64,000 nt of DNA from Actinomycetes bacterium (GCA_031398745.1 JANNNX010000007.1:8844-72843), one strand, 5' to 3'; counted from the stretch's first letter, positions 32,958-44,619 are shown. A program made the numbers and translations. The notes: generated from the letters alone by a model not told the origin.

Positions 32958-33260
32958 TCAGTTTGCTACGAAGACGATCCCTACGAAGACGATGGCAGTA
33001 GCGACGCACCATATCGTTGCCCCCCCAGCCCAACGGTTTCCCCGACGAAACGCTCGGTAGGCCAACAGTGCTCCGAGTAGCGATGGAACAAACAACACGA
33101 GGCCGACCAGTCCCAGCAGCCAGAACAGTGCCGACGACGGGTAGGCACGCACCTGTCGGTCGGGTCCGATCATGTCAAGGTGAGACGGCATGAAGAAGTA
33201 GGCACGAGTGGTGATCCGACGGCGTACCTCGAACTCGGGACGTTCCATGTCGTCGCTCAC
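32958..33260 (-). CDS. small two-TM membrane protein (DUF4190-like pattern), in the low-GC islet
   Basis: 100 aa. SALFWLLGLVGLVLFVPSLLGALLAYRAFRRGNRWAGGATIWCVATAIVFVGIVFV. Codon usage is clearly less GC3-biased than its neighbours. Start is GTG 33260 or ATG 33248. Confidence 0.4.
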   Translation of the reverse strand: MSDDMERPEFEVRRRITTRAYFFMPSHLDMIGPDRQVRAYPSSALFWLLGLVGLVLFVPSLLGALLAYRAFRRGNRWAGGATIWCVATAIVFVGIVFVAN

Positions 33261-33420
33261 GAGAAGGGGTACTCACATTCCGATCAGTAGAGGTAGCAGC
33301 TTCACCTACTGGACAAAGGAAAGTCGTTGGAAGTCGACCTCAGTCGGATGAGCTGCTTTGCCGCCCGGGGGGAGACAACAGACGATCGACGAGCAAGTCG
33401 TTTTTCGGAGGAATGCTTGT

Positions 33421-33741
33421 CTATCTGCTGTCTTTGGGACGCCGAGGGGCCGGAGGCGAATAGCCAATACCACCAAGCCTTCGTAACCACAAGAACCATG
33501 CTGCTGGCGCGATAGGTAGGAATACTCCCCCAGCTTTGGTCGCCGAGAACGTGACTAAGAAGGCGATAATCACCTTTCCTCTCGGGTTGTACCAACGCTC
33601 TGCGGGTGTGTGAATGATGTCGGCGATTGCTGCCAGCCACATGCAAGTGGCGATGACGTTGAGACCGACACGCACGGGGTTGTCGAGCTCGATGGCGACA
33701 CCGGGAAGGGTAGCGTTCATGACTATAAACAGCTCGGCCAT
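33421..33741 (-). CDS. small two-TM membrane protein (weak PLD-N-terminal-domain-like pattern), in the low-GC islet
   Basis: MAELFIVMNATLPGVAIELDNPVRVGLNVIATCMWLAAIADIIHTPAERWYNPRGKVIIAFLVTF... Start is ATG 33741 or in-frame ATG 33720. The longer track ORF upstream looks non-coding. Confidence 0.35.
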   Translation of the reverse strand: MAELFIVMNATLPGVAIELDNPVRVGLNVIATCMWLAAIADIIHTPAERWYNPRGKVIIAFLVTFSATKAGGVFLPIAPAAWFLWLRRLGGIGYSPPAPRRPKDSR

Positions 33742-34038
33742 GTCCCGCCGCCACCACCCGTGGGTATGACCGTTCTCTCGGCATCGACATAGAACACAGC
33801 ATCGACGACAACCGTCTTGTTGCGAAGTCGACCGGCCATCGTGCACTCTCCCCCAGTTCCAGCTCCGTCGGTAGCGAAAGGAAGATACGACGTTCGATCG
33901 GGTCGTCAGGTGCCCGGCGGTGAACCCTTGGCGAACAGTTCCGGCTACGCCCACCACGGGTGGTCCGAGGGTCACCGACGAGATCATTATCCGAGTAGAG
34001 CGAAGCCCACTACACCCGTTCTGTGTGGTGGTGTCCGG

Positions 34039-36213
<2,175 letters not shown>

Positions 36214-36223
36214 CGCGAACCGC

Positions 36224-38032
36224 TCACCGGACGGGGCGCAGGTGCAACAGGTGGCCCGGCCCGACGGCCGGGTCGAGGCGCACGTACTGGGCCGCTCCCA
36301 CCCACGAGTAGGTCTCGCCTCGGAGCTCGTCGTAGGCCACGAACGGGGTCCGCGCCGGCAGACCGAGGCGTTCGAGGTCGAGCCACACGGTGTCCTCTTG
36401 GACGCCGTCGGGGTCGAGGTTGACCACCACCAGGACCACGTCGGCGAGGTCGTCGGACCACCGGGCATAGGCCAGCACCAGGTCGTTGGCCGAGTCGCAG
36501 AAGGCGATGTTGCGCAGACTGCGCAGCGCCGGGTGGGCCCGGCGGGCTCGGTTGACCTCGGTGATGAACGGGGCCAGCGAGTCGGCCGCCGACCAGTCCC
36601 GGGCCTTGATCTCGTACTTCTCGGAGTGGGCGTACTCCTCGTCGTGCTCGGAGCGGGGCTGGTTCTCGCCCAGCTCGAAGCCGGAGTAGATGCCGTAGGT
36701 CGGCACCAGCGTCGCGGCCAGCAGCAGGCGGAGCCGGAAGGCGGCCAGGTTCCCGCCGCGCAGCGGCCCAGCCAGGATGTCGGGCGTGTTGGGCCAGAAC
36801 GCCGGTCGGAAGTGGTCGACCAGCGGTTCTGAGGTCAGCTCGGTGACGTAGCTGGTGAGCTCGGCCTTGGTCCGGCGCCAGGTGAAGTAGGTGTAGCTCT
36901 GGCTGAAGCCGACCTCGGCCAGCTTGACCATGACCTTGGGCCGGGTGAAGGCCTCGGACAGGAACAGCACGTCGGGGTGGAGCGACTGCACGGCGGGGAT
37001 CAGCCAGGCCCAGAACGCCATCGGCTTGGTATGGGGGTTGTCGACCAGGAAGATGCGCACCCCATGCGACACCCAGAACTCGACGATCTCCCGACAGGCC
37101 TGCCACAGCCCCCGGCGCTCGGCCTCGTCGGAGGGCCAGAAGTCGAGCGGGTAGATGTCCTGGTACTGCTTGGGCGGGTTGGCGGCGTGGGCGATGGAGC
37201 CGTCGGCCCGGTGGTGGAACCAGGCCGGGTGCTCGCTGACCCACGGGTGGTCGGGCGAGCACTGCAGGGCGTAGTCGAGGGCGATCTCGAGGCCGAGCTG
37301 TCGGGCACGGGCCACCAGCCGGTCGAAGTCGTCGAGGGTGCCGAGATCGGGGTGCACGGCGGTGTGCCCACCCTCGGGCCCGCCGATGGCCCACGGGCTC
37401 CCGGGGTCGCCGGGCCCGGCCGCCAGCGTGTTGTCGGGCCCCTTGCGCTGGGTGCGGCCGATCGGGTGCACGGGCGGGAGGTAGACGACGTCGAAGCCCA
37501 TGGCCGCCACCTCCACCAGACGCTCGGCGGTGCCGGCGAACCCGCCCTCGGACCGGGGGAAGAGTTCGTACCAGGCACCGGCCACAGCCCGGGGACGATC
37601 GACCCACACTGGGTGCGGGCCACCGGTGGAGTGGCGGCCGGTGGGGGCCACATGGTCGCTTCGGCGGGGCGGCGGCTCCTGCCCGGCGTCGAGCATGATC
37701 CGGGCGTCGCGGGCCCAGGTGGCCTCGAGGTCGACCCAGGCCTCGACGACCACCTCGTGGCGCCCGGCTCGATCGAAGGTGACCACCGCCTCCCAGCGGT
37801 CGTTGCCGACCGCGGTCATGGGGTGCTCGGCCCAGGTGGCCGACCCGGGCCCGGTGGCCAGGTGGATCCGGGCCACCGCCCTCAGCTCGTCGTGGCCGTC
37901 GGTGTAGATGTCGGCCGAGACCCGCACCGGCTCGCCCTCGACCACCTTGGCCGGGAACGCGCCGCTCGGGGTCCGAGGCCGGAAGTCATCGATCACGATC
38001 GGCGGGAGCAGTGGCTCCGGCACTCGGGTCAC
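36224..38032 (-). CDS. glgE: alpha-1,4-glucan:maltose-1-phosphate maltosyltransferase
   Basis: PIVIDDFRPRTPSGAFPAKVVEGEPVRVSADIYTDGHD, WYELFPRSEGG, FDVVYLPPVHPIGRTQRKG, RIFLVDNPHTKP and FWPNTPDIL blocks. GTG 38032 is preceded by GAAGGTGG. Confidence 0.9.
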   Translation of the reverse strand: MTRVPEPLLPPIVIDDFRPRTPSGAFPAKVVEGEPVRVSADIYTDGHDELRAVARIHLATGPGSATWAEHPMTAVGNDRWEAVVTFDRAGRHEVVVEAWVDLEATWARDARIMLDAGQEPPPRRSDHVAPTGRHSTGGPHPVWVDRPRAVAGAWYELFPRSEGGFAGTAERLVEVAAMGFDVVYLPPVHPIGRTQRKGPDNTLAAGPGDPGSPWAIGGPEGGHTAVHPDLGTLDDFDRLVARARQLGLEIALDYALQCSPDHPWVSEHPAWFHHRADGSIAHAANPPKQYQDIYPLDFWPSDEAERRGLWQACREIVEFWVSHGVRIFLVDNPHTKPMAFWAWLIPAVQSLHPDVLFLSEAFTRPKVMVKLAEVGFSQSYTYFTWRRTKAELTSYVTELTSEPLVDHFRPAFWPNTPDILAGPLRGGNLAAFRLRLLLAATLVPTYGIYSGFELGENQPRSEHDEEYAHSEKYEIKARDWSAADSLAPFITEVNRARRAHPALRSLRNIAFCDSANDLVLAYARWSDDLADVVLVVVNLDPDGVQEDTVWLDLERLGLPARTPFVAYDELRGETYSWVGAAQYVRLDPAVGPGHLLHLRPVR

Positions 38033-38121
38033 GCCGCCACCTTCGCAGATCCCTCCTGGATGTCGGCGTGTTTCACACCCACAGTGGTTGCCGATGGGGT
38101 CGCCATCGAGACCACCGACGC

Positions 38122-39798
38122 TCAGCCGGCCCGCTCCCGGCCGGCCAGCCGGGAGCGGATGAGCGCCCGGCGCTCCTGGAGGTCGCGGTAGGTGAAACCG
38201 TCGAGGGCCGGGTCGAGGCCGAGGCTGGCCTTGACCCCCTCGAGGTCGACCTCGAGGGAGGCCGAGCGGCCGGGGCCCAGCTCCGCGGCCAGGCGGTCGC
38301 CGTGGGCGGTGGCGAAGTGGGTCGCGACCTCGGCGATCACGCCCAGCAGGTCGAGGTCGGGGGCGAGGGTGGCGATGGCCCCGTCGAGGAAGAGCAGGTT
38401 TTTGACGTAGAGCATGAGCTCCTTGGGCATCCGGGCCCCGTAGCCCAGGAGGGCCTTGAGCACCCGGCGGACCTCGGCCACCAGCTGGTCGGCCGACAGC
38501 GTGGTCGGGTCGAGCGTCGGCCCCTCGAGGCCGAGGTCGTCGCTCACCTGCTGGAGGTCGGTGTCGGCCGGAAGGGCTCCGAGGTCGCGCAGGGCCGCCA
38601 GCTGGGCCAGCACGTCGTTGGTCATGCCGCCGAGCATCAGGCGCAGGAAGGCCTGGCGCCGATGCTCGTCGAAGCGGGCGGTGATGCCGAAGTCGAGCAG
38701 CGCCACCCGCCCGTCGGGCTGGACCAGGAGGTTGCCGCCGTGGAGGTCGCCGTGGAAGACCCCGTGGAGCATGGCCCCCTCGAGGAACCCGATCATCCCC
38801 GCCCGGACCAGGTCGGCGGGGTCGATCCCGGCCTCGGCCATGGCGGCCAGGTCGTCGAAGGCGAAGCCGTGCAGCCGCTCCATGACCAGGACCCGTCGGG
38901 TGACCAGCTCGGGGTGGGGACGGGGGACGACGTAGCGGCGCTGCCCCAGCTCGGCCAGCACCCGCGACACGTCGAGCATGTTCTGGGCCTCGAGGCGGAA
39001 GTCGAGCTCCTCGCTGATGGTCTCGGCGAACAGCTCGACCAGCGCCGGGGGGTTGGCCAGCGCGGCCACCGGGATCCGCCCGATGAGGTGCGGCGCCACC
39101 CAGGCGAGCACGGCGAGGTCGGCCCCCACCCGGTCGGCGACCGTCGAGCGCTGGACCTTGACCACCACCTCTTCGCCGGTGCGGAGGCGAGCGGTGTGGA
39201 CCTGGGCGATCGACGCCGCCGCCAGGGCCCGACGGTCGAAGCGCTCGAAGACCTCGTGGAGCGGTCGGCCGAGTTCGGCCTCGACGGTGGCCCGCACCAA
39301 CGGGAAGGGCTCCGCCGGCACCTGGTCGCGGCAGCGCTCGAACTCGCTCACCAGGACGTCGGGGAACACCCCCCGTCCGGCGGAAATGATCTGGCCCAGC
39401 TTGATGTAGGTGGGACCCAGGGCCTCGGCGGCCAGGCGGAGCCGGCGAGCGAGGTCGGCGACCGAGTCGGTACCCGAGCGTCGCCGCCGACGCGTCCCGA
39501 GCCACCACCCGGCCAGGGCCGGGCCGAGGTGGCGGGCGGTGACGGCCAGGCGGCCCCCCGGCGGTACCCGCCGCACCCGGGTCAGCTCGGGGACCGACGC
39601 CCGGGTGCGAGCCCGCAACTCGTCGATGCCCCTCTGCCAGGGCATCCCGTCCCGGTCGTCGAGCACCCAGGGGGGGTGGTCGGAGAAGACCCCGAAGGCC
39701 AGGTCGGAGGGCGCCGCGTCGACCTCCACAGTCCCGTCGGCGGGCTCCCCGTCGACCTCCGGCCGCCCGTCGACCGGCGGCAGATCGGCGTGGGGCAC
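38122..39798 (-). CDS. ABC1/UbiB (AarF/ADCK) atypical kinase family protein
   Basis: LGPTYIKLGQIIS, AAASIAQVHTARL, ELDFRLEAQN and HGDLHGGNLLV blocks. 558 aa. Confidence 0.9.
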   Translation of the reverse strand: MPHADLPPVDGRPEVDGEPADGTVEVDAAPSDLAFGVFSDHPPWVLDDRDGMPWQRGIDELRARTRASVPELTRVRRVPPGGRLAVTARHLGPALAGWWLGTRRRRRSGTDSVADLARRLRLAAEALGPTYIKLGQIISAGRGVFPDVLVSEFERCRDQVPAEPFPLVRATVEAELGRPLHEVFERFDRRALAAASIAQVHTARLRTGEEVVVKVQRSTVADRVGADLAVLAWVAPHLIGRIPVAALANPPALVELFAETISEELDFRLEAQNMLDVSRVLAELGQRRYVVPRPHPELVTRRVLVMERLHGFAFDDLAAMAEAGIDPADLVRAGMIGFLEGAMLHGVFHGDLHGGNLLVQPDGRVALLDFGITARFDEHRRQAFLRLMLGGMTNDVLAQLAALRDLGALPADTDLQQVSDDLGLEGPTLDPTTLSADQLVAEVRRVLKALLGYGARMPKELMLYVKNLLFLDGAIATLAPDLDLLGVIAEVATHFATAHGDRLAAELGPGRSASLEVDLEGVKASLGLDPALDGFTYRDLQERRALIRSRLAGRERAG

Positions 39799-39980
39799 CG
39801 GCTCATGATGGCGGTCGGGGACCCCGCTCCCTCCGTCGCCCCCCGTCTGACCTGGGACGGTGACCTCACGGATTGCGTCAGTTCCTCGTCCCGGAACGGA
39901 GAACGTGCGGCGGTTGTCCCAGACACCGGGGGGCCGCAGCTGTGACCCACGGCACTGGGGGTGCTCGCTACCCTCGCCGG

Positions 39981-42515
39981 ATGCAGGCCCTGCACAGCTT
40001 CACCGTCCGCCCGCGCCTCCCCGAGCCGCTCACCTCCCTGCGGGAGCTGGCCACCAATCTGCGCTGGGCCTGGGACGAGCGCACCCGCGACCTGTTTCGC
40101 TCGCTCGACCCCACGACCTGGGACAGCGGGGGCCGCGACCCCCTCCACCTGCTGACCATGGTCGCCCCCGAGCGGCTCGACGAACTGGCCGCCGACGAGG
40201 CCTTCCTCTCGACGCTGTCCGACGTCCACCGCGATCTGCGTCGCTACCTCGAGGAGCCCCGCTGGTTCCAGCGCCGGGGCGACAGCCCGCTGCGGGCGGT
40301 GGCCTACTTCTCCCCCGAGTTCGGCATCGCCGAGGCCCTCCCCCAGTACTCAGGCGGCCTCGGCATCCTGGCCGGTGACCACCTCAAGGCGGCCAGCGAC
40401 CTGGCTTTGCCCCTGGTCGGCGTCGGCCTGCTCTACCGCAATGGGTACTTCCGCCAGTTCCTCGACGGCGACGGCTGGCAGCAGGAGCGCTACCCCGACC
40501 TCGATCCGGTCGAGCTCGGGCTCGAGCCCATCGACGGACCCGACGTCACCGTCGACATGGCCGGCACCGAGGTCGGCATCCGGGTGCTGCGCATCGAGGT
40601 CGGCCGGGTGCCCCTCCTCCTGCTCGACACCGACATCGAGGGCAACGACCCCGACGCCCGGGCCATCGCCGACCGCCTCTACGGCGGCGACATCGAGCAC
40701 CGCCTGCGCCAGGAGATCGTGCTCGGCATCGGTGGGGTCCGGGCCCTGGAGGCGGCCGGGATCCCCACCCAGGTGCTCCACACCAACGAGGGCCACGCCG
40801 GCTTCCTCGGCCTGGAGCGCATCCGGCTGCTGGTGGCCGAGCACGGGCTGTCCTTCGCCGAGGCCGTCGAGGTCGCCCGGGCCGGCAGCATCTTCACCAC
40901 CCACACCCCGGTACCGGCGGGCATCGACCGCGTCCCCCGGGCCCTGGTCGAGCGCTACCTGGCCACCATGGCCACCGCCTGCGGCGCCACCATCGACGAG
41001 CTCATGGCCGTCGCCCGGGAGCCTGGCGACACCGGCGGCACCGTGTTCAACATGGCGGCCATGGGCTTTCGACTGGCCGGTCGATCGAACGGGGTGTCCC
41101 AGCTCCACGGGGTCGTCAGCCGCCAGGCCTTCGCCGCCGTGTGGCCCGAGCTCGAGGCCGACGAGGTGCCGATCACCTCGATCACCAACGGCGTGCACTC
41201 CCGGACCTGGGTGTCTCGGGACATGGAGGACCTGCTGTCGCGCCACGTCGGTCCCGGGTGGCCCGAGGCCGGCGCCGATGCCTGGTCGCGGGTGGTCGAC
41301 GTACCCGACAAGGAGCTGTGGGTGGCTCGGGAGAGCGGCCGGGCCCGGCTGGTGTCCGACGTCCGCAAGCGGCTCCGAGCCAGCCTGGAGGCGACCGGCC
41401 AGGTCGGCCACGCCCCCGACTGGTGCGACGAGGTGCTCGACCCCGAGGCCCTCACCATCGGCTGGGCCCGCCGCTTCGCCACCTACAAGCGGGCCACCTT
41501 GCTCCTGACCCAGCCCGAGCGGCTCCGCGCCCTGCTGACCGACCCCGATCGTCCCCTGCAGCTGGTGATGGCGGGCAAGGCCCACCCGGCCGACGAGCTG
41601 GGCAAGGCCCTCATCGCCGAGCTGGTGCGGTTCTCGTCCGACCCGGCCGTCCGCCACCGCATCGTGTTCATCGAGGACTACGACATGCGCCTGGCCCGGA
41701 CGCTGACCCAGGGTGCCGACGTGTGGCTCAACACCCCCCGGCGTCCGCTCGAGGCCTGCGGTACCAGTGGCATGAAGGCCGCCCTCAACGGGGTCCTCAA
41801 CTGCTCGATCCTCGACGGGTGGTGGGACGAGCTGAGCGACGGGACCAACGGGTGGGCCATCGAATCGGCCGAGCACCTGGCCGACGACACCAAGCGCGAC
41901 CGGCTCGAGGCCGAGCACCTCTACACCTTGCTCGAGGGCAGCATCGTCCCCCGGTTCTACGAGCGGGGCGAGGGACGCGGCGGCGTTCCCGGGCCCTGGG
42001 TCAGCACCGTGAAGCGGTCGCTGGCCACCCTCGGCCCCCAGGTCACGGCGGCCCGCATGGTGCGCGACTACCTCACCGAGCTCTACGAACCGGCGGCCGA
42101 GCACTCCGAGACGCTGCGGGGCACCGACCACGCCCGGGGCCAGGCCCTCTCCCACTGGAAGGCCGCGATCCGGGCTGCCTGGGCCGGGGTCGGCGTGCGG
42201 GTCGTGGCCGGTGACGGCGAACCCGGAGCGCTGGGCGATGCCCGCCAGATCGAGGCCGAAGTGACCCTCGGATCGACCACCGTGGAGGACGTGGCCGTCG
42301 AGCTGCTCCACGGGCCGGTCGACGCCAACGGCCGGCTGACGCACCACGAGGTAGTGCCCATGGCCCTACTCGAGTCGGGCAACGGGACGGCTCGGTATCG
42401 GGGCAGCCTCTCGGCGTCGGAGTCGGGGCGCTACGGGTTCACCGTCCGCGTCCTCCCCCACCACCCCGACCTGGCCCACCGGGCCGAGCTCGGTCTGGTC
42501 GCCCGCCCGACCTGA
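39981..42515 (+). CDS. glgP: alpha-glucan (glycogen/maltodextrin) phosphorylase, long actinobacterial type
   Basis: LATNLRWAWDERTRDLF, YFSPEFGIAEALPQYSGGLGILAGDHLKAASDLALP and EACGTSGMKAALNG (PLP-Lys region) blocks. ATG 39981. Confidence 0.9.
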   Translation: MQALHSFTVRPRLPEPLTSLRELATNLRWAWDERTRDLFRSLDPTTWDSGGRDPLHLLTMVAPERLDELAADEAFLSTLSDVHRDLRRYLEEPRWFQRRGDSPLRAVAYFSPEFGIAEALPQYSGGLGILAGDHLKAASDLALPLVGVGLLYRNGYFRQFLDGDGWQQERYPDLDPVELGLEPIDGPDVTVDMAGTEVGIRVLRIEVGRVPLLLLDTDIEGNDPDARAIADRLYGGDIEHRLRQEIVLGIGGVRALEAAGIPTQVLHTNEGHAGFLGLERIRLLVAEHGLSFAEAVEVARAGSIFTTHTPVPAGIDRVPRALVERYLATMATACGATIDELMAVAREPGDTGGTVFNMAAMGFRLAGRSNGVSQLHGVVSRQAFAAVWPELEADEVPITSITNGVHSRTWVSRDMEDLLSRHVGPGWPEAGADAWSRVVDVPDKELWVARESGRARLVSDVRKRLRASLEATGQVGHAPDWCDEVLDPEALTIGWARRFATYKRATLLLTQPERLRALLTDPDRPLQLVMAGKAHPADELGKALIAELVRFSSDPAVRHRIVFIEDYDMRLARTLTQGADVWLNTPRRPLEACGTSGMKAALNGVLNCSILDGWWDELSDGTNGWAIESAEHLADDTKRDRLEAEHLYTLLEGSIVPRFYERGEGRGGVPGPWVSTVKRSLATLGPQVTAARMVRDYLTELYEPAAEHSETLRGTDHARGQALSHWKAAIRAAWAGVGVRVVAGDGEPGALGDARQIEAEVTLGSTTVEDVAVELLHGPVDANGRLTHHEVVPMALLESGNGTARYRGSLSASESGRYGFTVRVLPHHPDLAHRAELGLVARPT

Positions 42516-42519
42516 GAGA

Positions 42520-42729
42520 TCAGACGGCGACGACCTCGGTGATGCCCTCGACCCGGTCCTTGAGGATGCGCTCGATGCCGGCGGACATGGTCAGGGTCGA
42601 CGCCGGGCAGTCGCCGCAGGCCCCGATCAGCTCGACCTCGACCCGCCCGGTGGCCTCGTCGACGTCGCGGATGATGATGTCGCCGCCGTCGGCTTGCAGG
42701 GCGGGACGGATGACCTCGATGGTGGCCAT
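42520..42729 (-). CDS. NifU C-terminal-domain (Nfu-type) Fe-S scaffold/carrier protein
   Basis: 69 aa. IRPALQADGGDIIIRDV ... LIGACGDCPASTLTMSAGIE (CxxC). ATG 42729 is preceded by AAGGA. Confidence 0.75.
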   Translation of the reverse strand: MATIEVIRPALQADGGDIIIRDVDEATGRVEVELIGACGDCPASTLTMSAGIERILKDRVEGITEVVAV

Positions 42730-42834
42730 CACCTGATCCTTCACGAGCGCTCCTCGGGGCGGGGGTGGCCAGTCTCGCCGTCGGGGGGCCCAGCGACAAC
42801 CACGCGACCGCGAGCCGGCCGTACTCTCGGGGCC

Positions 42835-43284
42835 ATGGAGAGCCCCCTGCGGCCAACCCGTGCCGTCCTGGCGCTGGCCGCCGCCCTCATCCTCACCCTC
42901 GCCGGGTGCAGCAGCGAGGCCGACGACGATGCCGTCGCAACGGCCACGACCACCGCCTCGTCGCTCCCGGAGAGCACCACCACGGGCGACGTCACCACCA
43001 CCACCGATGCCCCGTTCTCGGGCCGCACCATCACCATCGACCTTGCCGAGGACGAGCTGGCGGTCGAGGGCTGCGAGGAGCCGGTGGCCAGGGACACCTC
43101 GATCCGCCTGGTCGTCACCCTCGACCAGGACGACACGATCCACGTCCACGGCTACGAGCAGGAGGTCGAGGTGCGGGCCGGGACCCCGGCCGTACTCGAC
43201 TTCCAAGCCGACCTGCCAGGCCGCTGGGAGATCGAGCTCCACGGGCTGGGCGAGCACATCTGCGAGCTGACCGTCGAGGGGTGA
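42835..43284 (+). CDS. lipoprotein with Thr-rich linker and small beta-rich domain, hypothetical
   Basis: Lipobox LILTLAGC after a signal peptide. The linker is TATTTASSLPESTTTGDVTTTTD. The C-terminal domain carries DDTIHVHGYEQEVEV...WEIELHG. Confidence 0.65.
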   Translation: MESPLRPTRAVLALAAALILTLAGCSSEADDDAVATATTTASSLPESTTTGDVTTTTDAPFSGRTITIDLAEDELAVEGCEEPVARDTSIRLVVTLDQDDTIHVHGYEQEVEVRAGTPAVLDFQADLPGRWEIELHGLGEHICELTVEG

Positions 43285-44609
43285 ACACCGCCCTGCAGGT
43301 CGTCCTGGCCCACGGGGTCGGCAGCGGGCGGGCCGACCTGCCCCTGCCGGTCTGGCTCTTCACCTACGCCGCCGGGATGGCGGTGGCCATCTCGTTCGTC
43401 GCGGCCGGGATCTTCTGGAGCCGACCCCGGCTCCCGCTCGGCCCGCCCGACCCTCCGCTCACCCCGCCGCCGGCACGGGGATGGCTGCGCATGGTGCGAG
43501 GCACCGGCCGGGTGGTCGGCGTGGCGCTGTTCGCCCTCACCGTGGCCACGGCCCTGGCCGGACCGGCCAACGGCAACAACCTCTCGTTGGTGCTGGTGTT
43601 CGTGGTCTTCTGGGTCGGCCTGCCCCTGCTCAGCGCGGTGGTGGGTGACGTCTGGCAGGTGCTCTCGCCCTGGGACACCGCGGCGTTGGTCGCCCGACGG
43701 CTCCGCGGTCGCGGCGCCGACCCGGTGGTGTCGGCGGCCAGCGGCCACTGGCTGGCGGCCGCCGGTCTCGCCGCTTTCGTGTGGCTCGAACTCTGCTACC
43801 ACAGCCCCTCCTCGCCCCGGGTGCTCGGGTGGCTCACCGTCGGCTACGCCTGCGCCATGGTGGCGGGGGCGGCGTGGCGGGGCCGGGGCTGGCTGCGCAC
43901 CGGTGACGCCTTCGCCGCCTGGTTCGGCCTGCTGGCCGCCATCGCCCCGCTACACCGGGATGCTGCCGGCCGGGTCCGACTTCGGCTCCCGTTCGTCGGG
44001 CTGGCGTCGACCACGATCCGCTCGGGCACGGTCGCCCTGGTGGTGGTCGCCCTGGGCTCGACTGCGTTCGACAGCTTCGCCCGGAGCGACTTCTGGCTCC
44101 GGGTGCTCGGCGACCGGGAGGGGTGGGCCCTGACCGGGGTCCAGACCCTCGGGCTGGCGTGGGTGGTCGGGGTGGTGGGCATCGCCTACGCCGGCGCCCT
44201 CCGGCTCAACGCCCGCATGGTCGGTATCGACGACCCCGACGAGCTGCTGGGTCGCTTCGTCCACTCGCTGGTGCCGATCGCCTTGGCCTACGTGATCGCC
44301 CACTACTTCAGCCTCTTGGTCTTCGAGAGCCAGCAGGTGCCGATCCTGATGTCGGACCCCTTGGCGCGGGGGTGGGACCTGTTCGGCACCATCGACTGGA
44401 ACGTCAACTACCTGCTGGTCTCGACCCGCACGATCTCGCTGGTGCAGGTCGGCGCGATCGTCGCCGGCCACGTGGCCGGCGTGCTGCTCGCCCATGACCG
44501 AGCCGTCGCCCTGTTCCCGCCGCGGCAGGCCACCCGAGCCCAGCTCCCACTGGTGGCGGTGATGGTGCTGTACACCGTTGGCGGGCTGCTCCTGCTGCTG
44601 GGGTCGTGA
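43281..44609 (+). CDS. polytopic membrane protein, hypothetical
   Basis: 442 aa, about 10 TM segments. It starts VNTALQVVLAHGVGSGRADLPLPVWLF. The GTG overlaps the lipoprotein stop (GTGA at 43281-43284). Confidence 0.6.
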   Translation: MNTALQVVLAHGVGSGRADLPLPVWLFTYAAGMAVAISFVAAGIFWSRPRLPLGPPDPPLTPPPARGWLRMVRGTGRVVGVALFALTVATALAGPANGNNLSLVLVFVVFWVGLPLLSAVVGDVWQVLSPWDTAALVARRLRGRGADPVVSAASGHWLAAAGLAAFVWLELCYHSPSSPRVLGWLTVGYACAMVAGAAWRGRGWLRTGDAFAAWFGLLAAIAPLHRDAAGRVRLRLPFVGLASTTIRSGTVALVVVALGSTAFDSFARSDFWLRVLGDREGWALTGVQTLGLAWVVGVVGIAYAGALRLNARMVGIDDPDELLGRFVHSLVPIALAYVIAHYFSLLVFESQQVPILMSDPLARGWDLFGTIDWNVNYLLVSTRTISLVQVGAIVAGHVAGVLLAHDRAVALFPPRQATRAQLPLVAVMVLYTVGGLLLLLGS

Positions 44610-44619
44610 CCGAGGGGCG

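Noticed and set aside
33541-33782. Partial matches to the palindromic-element arms inside the low-GC islet: CGCCGAGAACG at about 33542-33552 and CGTTCTCTCGGC at about 33771-33782.
   Set aside because: The arms face outward rather than inward and are 220 bp apart. One has a 2-nt insertion, and the conserved core is absent. This is most likely coincidence, though worth including in a genome-wide search.
33302-33811. 169-aa minus-strand ORF overlapping the islet membrane ORF in another frame, and the plus-strand ORFs 33327..33515, 33610..33792 and 33817..34056.
   Set aside because: Their translations are Arg/Ser/His/Cys-rich with no hydrophobic or motif structure. The overlapping frame encoding the two-TM protein looks more protein-like. 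Confidence is still low for everything in the islet.
33880-33905. tRNA-like T-arm impression (ACGAC-GTTCGATCGG-GTCGT) in the islet, and a general look for tRNA, rRNA, CRISPR or integrase signatures across the window.
   Set aside because: The loop is too long and there is no surrounding cloverleaf. I found no GGTTCGAnnCC-type T-loops with matching acceptor stems, no spaced direct-repeat arrays, and no recombinase-like ORFs. A dedicated tRNA or CRISPR scanner should still be run.
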